Below, one piece after another: positions 62,441 to 64,000 of a stretch of 64,000 bases of DNA. The stretch is from the human T2T-CHM13v2.0 reference genome, Homo sapiens, in assembly GCF_009914755.1 (NCBI RefSeq), contig NC_060927.1. One strand, written 5' to 3'. Made by a program: the position numbers and the translations under genes. How positions within the stretch are numbered: the first letter of the stretch is position 1; each line of letters starts with the position of its first letter. The notes beneath the pieces were generated by a model. It made no database searches, was not told the origin of the DNA, and was given only the letters and a program-made list of their open reading frames with translations.

Positions 62441-63149
62441 AACATTAACTTTTAAATCCAAAGTATTTTGTGCATGAAAGATGCCCTCAAGGACACCATA
62501 AAATTTATAATCGAGAGCAGTAAAAAAAGAAAATCATTTTGTGGGATCCAGCACAGAAGGACCTTGGGCCAGTTTCTTGGGGAAACCATAGAGGAAGGCA
62601 GAAATGATGTAGAAAAGAAAGCACCACAGACTCTGACTAGGCAACATAATGCTAGAGCCCATCAGTTTACTGTGCTTCAGCATGGATCCAGAATGAGTCC
62701 CACGTACCAATCATGACAAAAGAGTAGTAAGTGGTCTCCTGGTTGATGGAACCATGCAGGTGGGAAGGAAGGACAAGTAAGACTAATCTGCCCAGAATGG
62801 TGACCAAGAACAAGGTAGGATGATGGACATCTCAATTAACACTAATGAGAAAAGACGGTGTCAGGGTTGAAATATAATATCTCCCTCCCAAACACAATCT
62901 CAGTTCTTAGCACTAGGTAAGTCTGGGAACTTAAACAAATCCAGAGCAAATAGGGGAGAAAAGCCAAATTGACCAAAATATAAACTTTCGTGTCAATGGA
63001 CTAGAAATTTGAAATAGAAATGAACTTGAATTGGATTTCCCATACACTTGTATTTCTAGGCTAGGAATTGTACTCATTATACATTCATTATTCAGGTGCT
63101 ATTTTTTTAATACAAGTGCTTATAAGGGAAGGTAAAAAATAATAGAATT

Positions 63150-64000
63150 ATCAGGAATCTGAAGTAGGATTATAGTATACTATAAACTGGGGCAAAAAAC
63201 AAAAGAGATTGTGCCTCTTGACATCTCTATCAACAGGAGTAGGAAAGGTAAGACCACAGATCCCACCCAAGCATGTAAGTTTTACAAGAACCCAGGACTA
63301 AGAACTATCTAGAAATTTATTCTGTCTTTCCTATGTGGCCTATACCACAGGATAACCAAACAGCTGATAAGAGAAAATTATTCTTCATAAAAGAATTCCA
63401 ACTAATTAATATAGAAGGAATGATGCATTAGATTATCCCTATTTTATAACTTCTACAAATATAATGGTTTTAGATGATCATCAATGACTGATAAAACTAT
63501 AAATTATAAAATTCATGAACAATTTTCATAACGAATAGATCAGGCTAGTAACACTTAATCCTATGAATTGATCTTAGCATCACAAGAAAAACAACCAGAA
63601 ATTATGTGCCTCCTGAAATTATATGATAAAAAGTACTTCCTATAAATTTTTTCCAATAAAATTTTTAAAATATATTTAGTCAGAATCAGAGCAGGCCTCT
63701 AGATGTAAGTACTAGTTTTGGAAAGTAGAGTTAGAAGAACATGGAATGTGATCAACAGTATCAGACAGGCAATTAGCAAAATCTATAAAATTATAGGAAA
63801 TTCTACAGAAAACAATGACCAAGTGTTTTTAACAAATAAAGAGAGAGAAATAAAGAGAGGGGGCCCTAAAGATTAAAAGAATCTTGAAAGACAAAAAGAC
63901 ACACCAGCCCAATGCAATGGATGGACCTTGCTTTTTGTAAAAATAAATAAATAAATAATAATTTTTAAAAACTATGAGAAAATCAGAAAAAAATGAATAT
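63150..64000 (+). mobile_element. L1MC4/L1MC5-like 3' UTR remnant
   Basis: AAAGAATTCCAACTAATTAATATAGAAGGAATGA...GATCTTAGCATCACAA...CAATGCAATGGATGGACCTTG; runs off the window. Confidence 0.6.

Overview
Primate (human or other hominoid; the species cannot be resolved from the sequence) AT-rich, CpG-poor DNA dominated by interspersed repeats. I can support no host protein-coding exon, RNA gene or CpG island. Every long ORF in the track is a retroelement remnant (L1 ORF1/ORF2/ORF0, ERV env) or Alu/repeat noise. The most informative structure is a three-layer nest at 44050-56462. A Tigger2a DNA transposon is split by a minus-strand MER66/HERV-V-like provirus, which is itself split by a full-length L1PA6. 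The provirus keeps gag MHR and zinc-knuckle remnants, an integrase C-terminus and a near full-length but disabled env closely resembling ERVV-1/ERVV-2. Also present: a full-length L1PA8 with an open ORF0-like frame and an AluSc in ORF1, a 5'-inverted L1PA5 missing ~2.1 kb at the inversion, 5'-truncated L1PA3/L1PA4 copies with clear TSDs, solo LTRs (MLT2, THE1B, MLT1D, MER51, MER67-like), and an unexplained ~276-bp insert in an old L1. Subfamily names come from recalled diagnostic nucleotides and need RepeatMasker/Dfam confirmation. I see no evidence for a new biological system. The findings concern element architecture and fossil virology.
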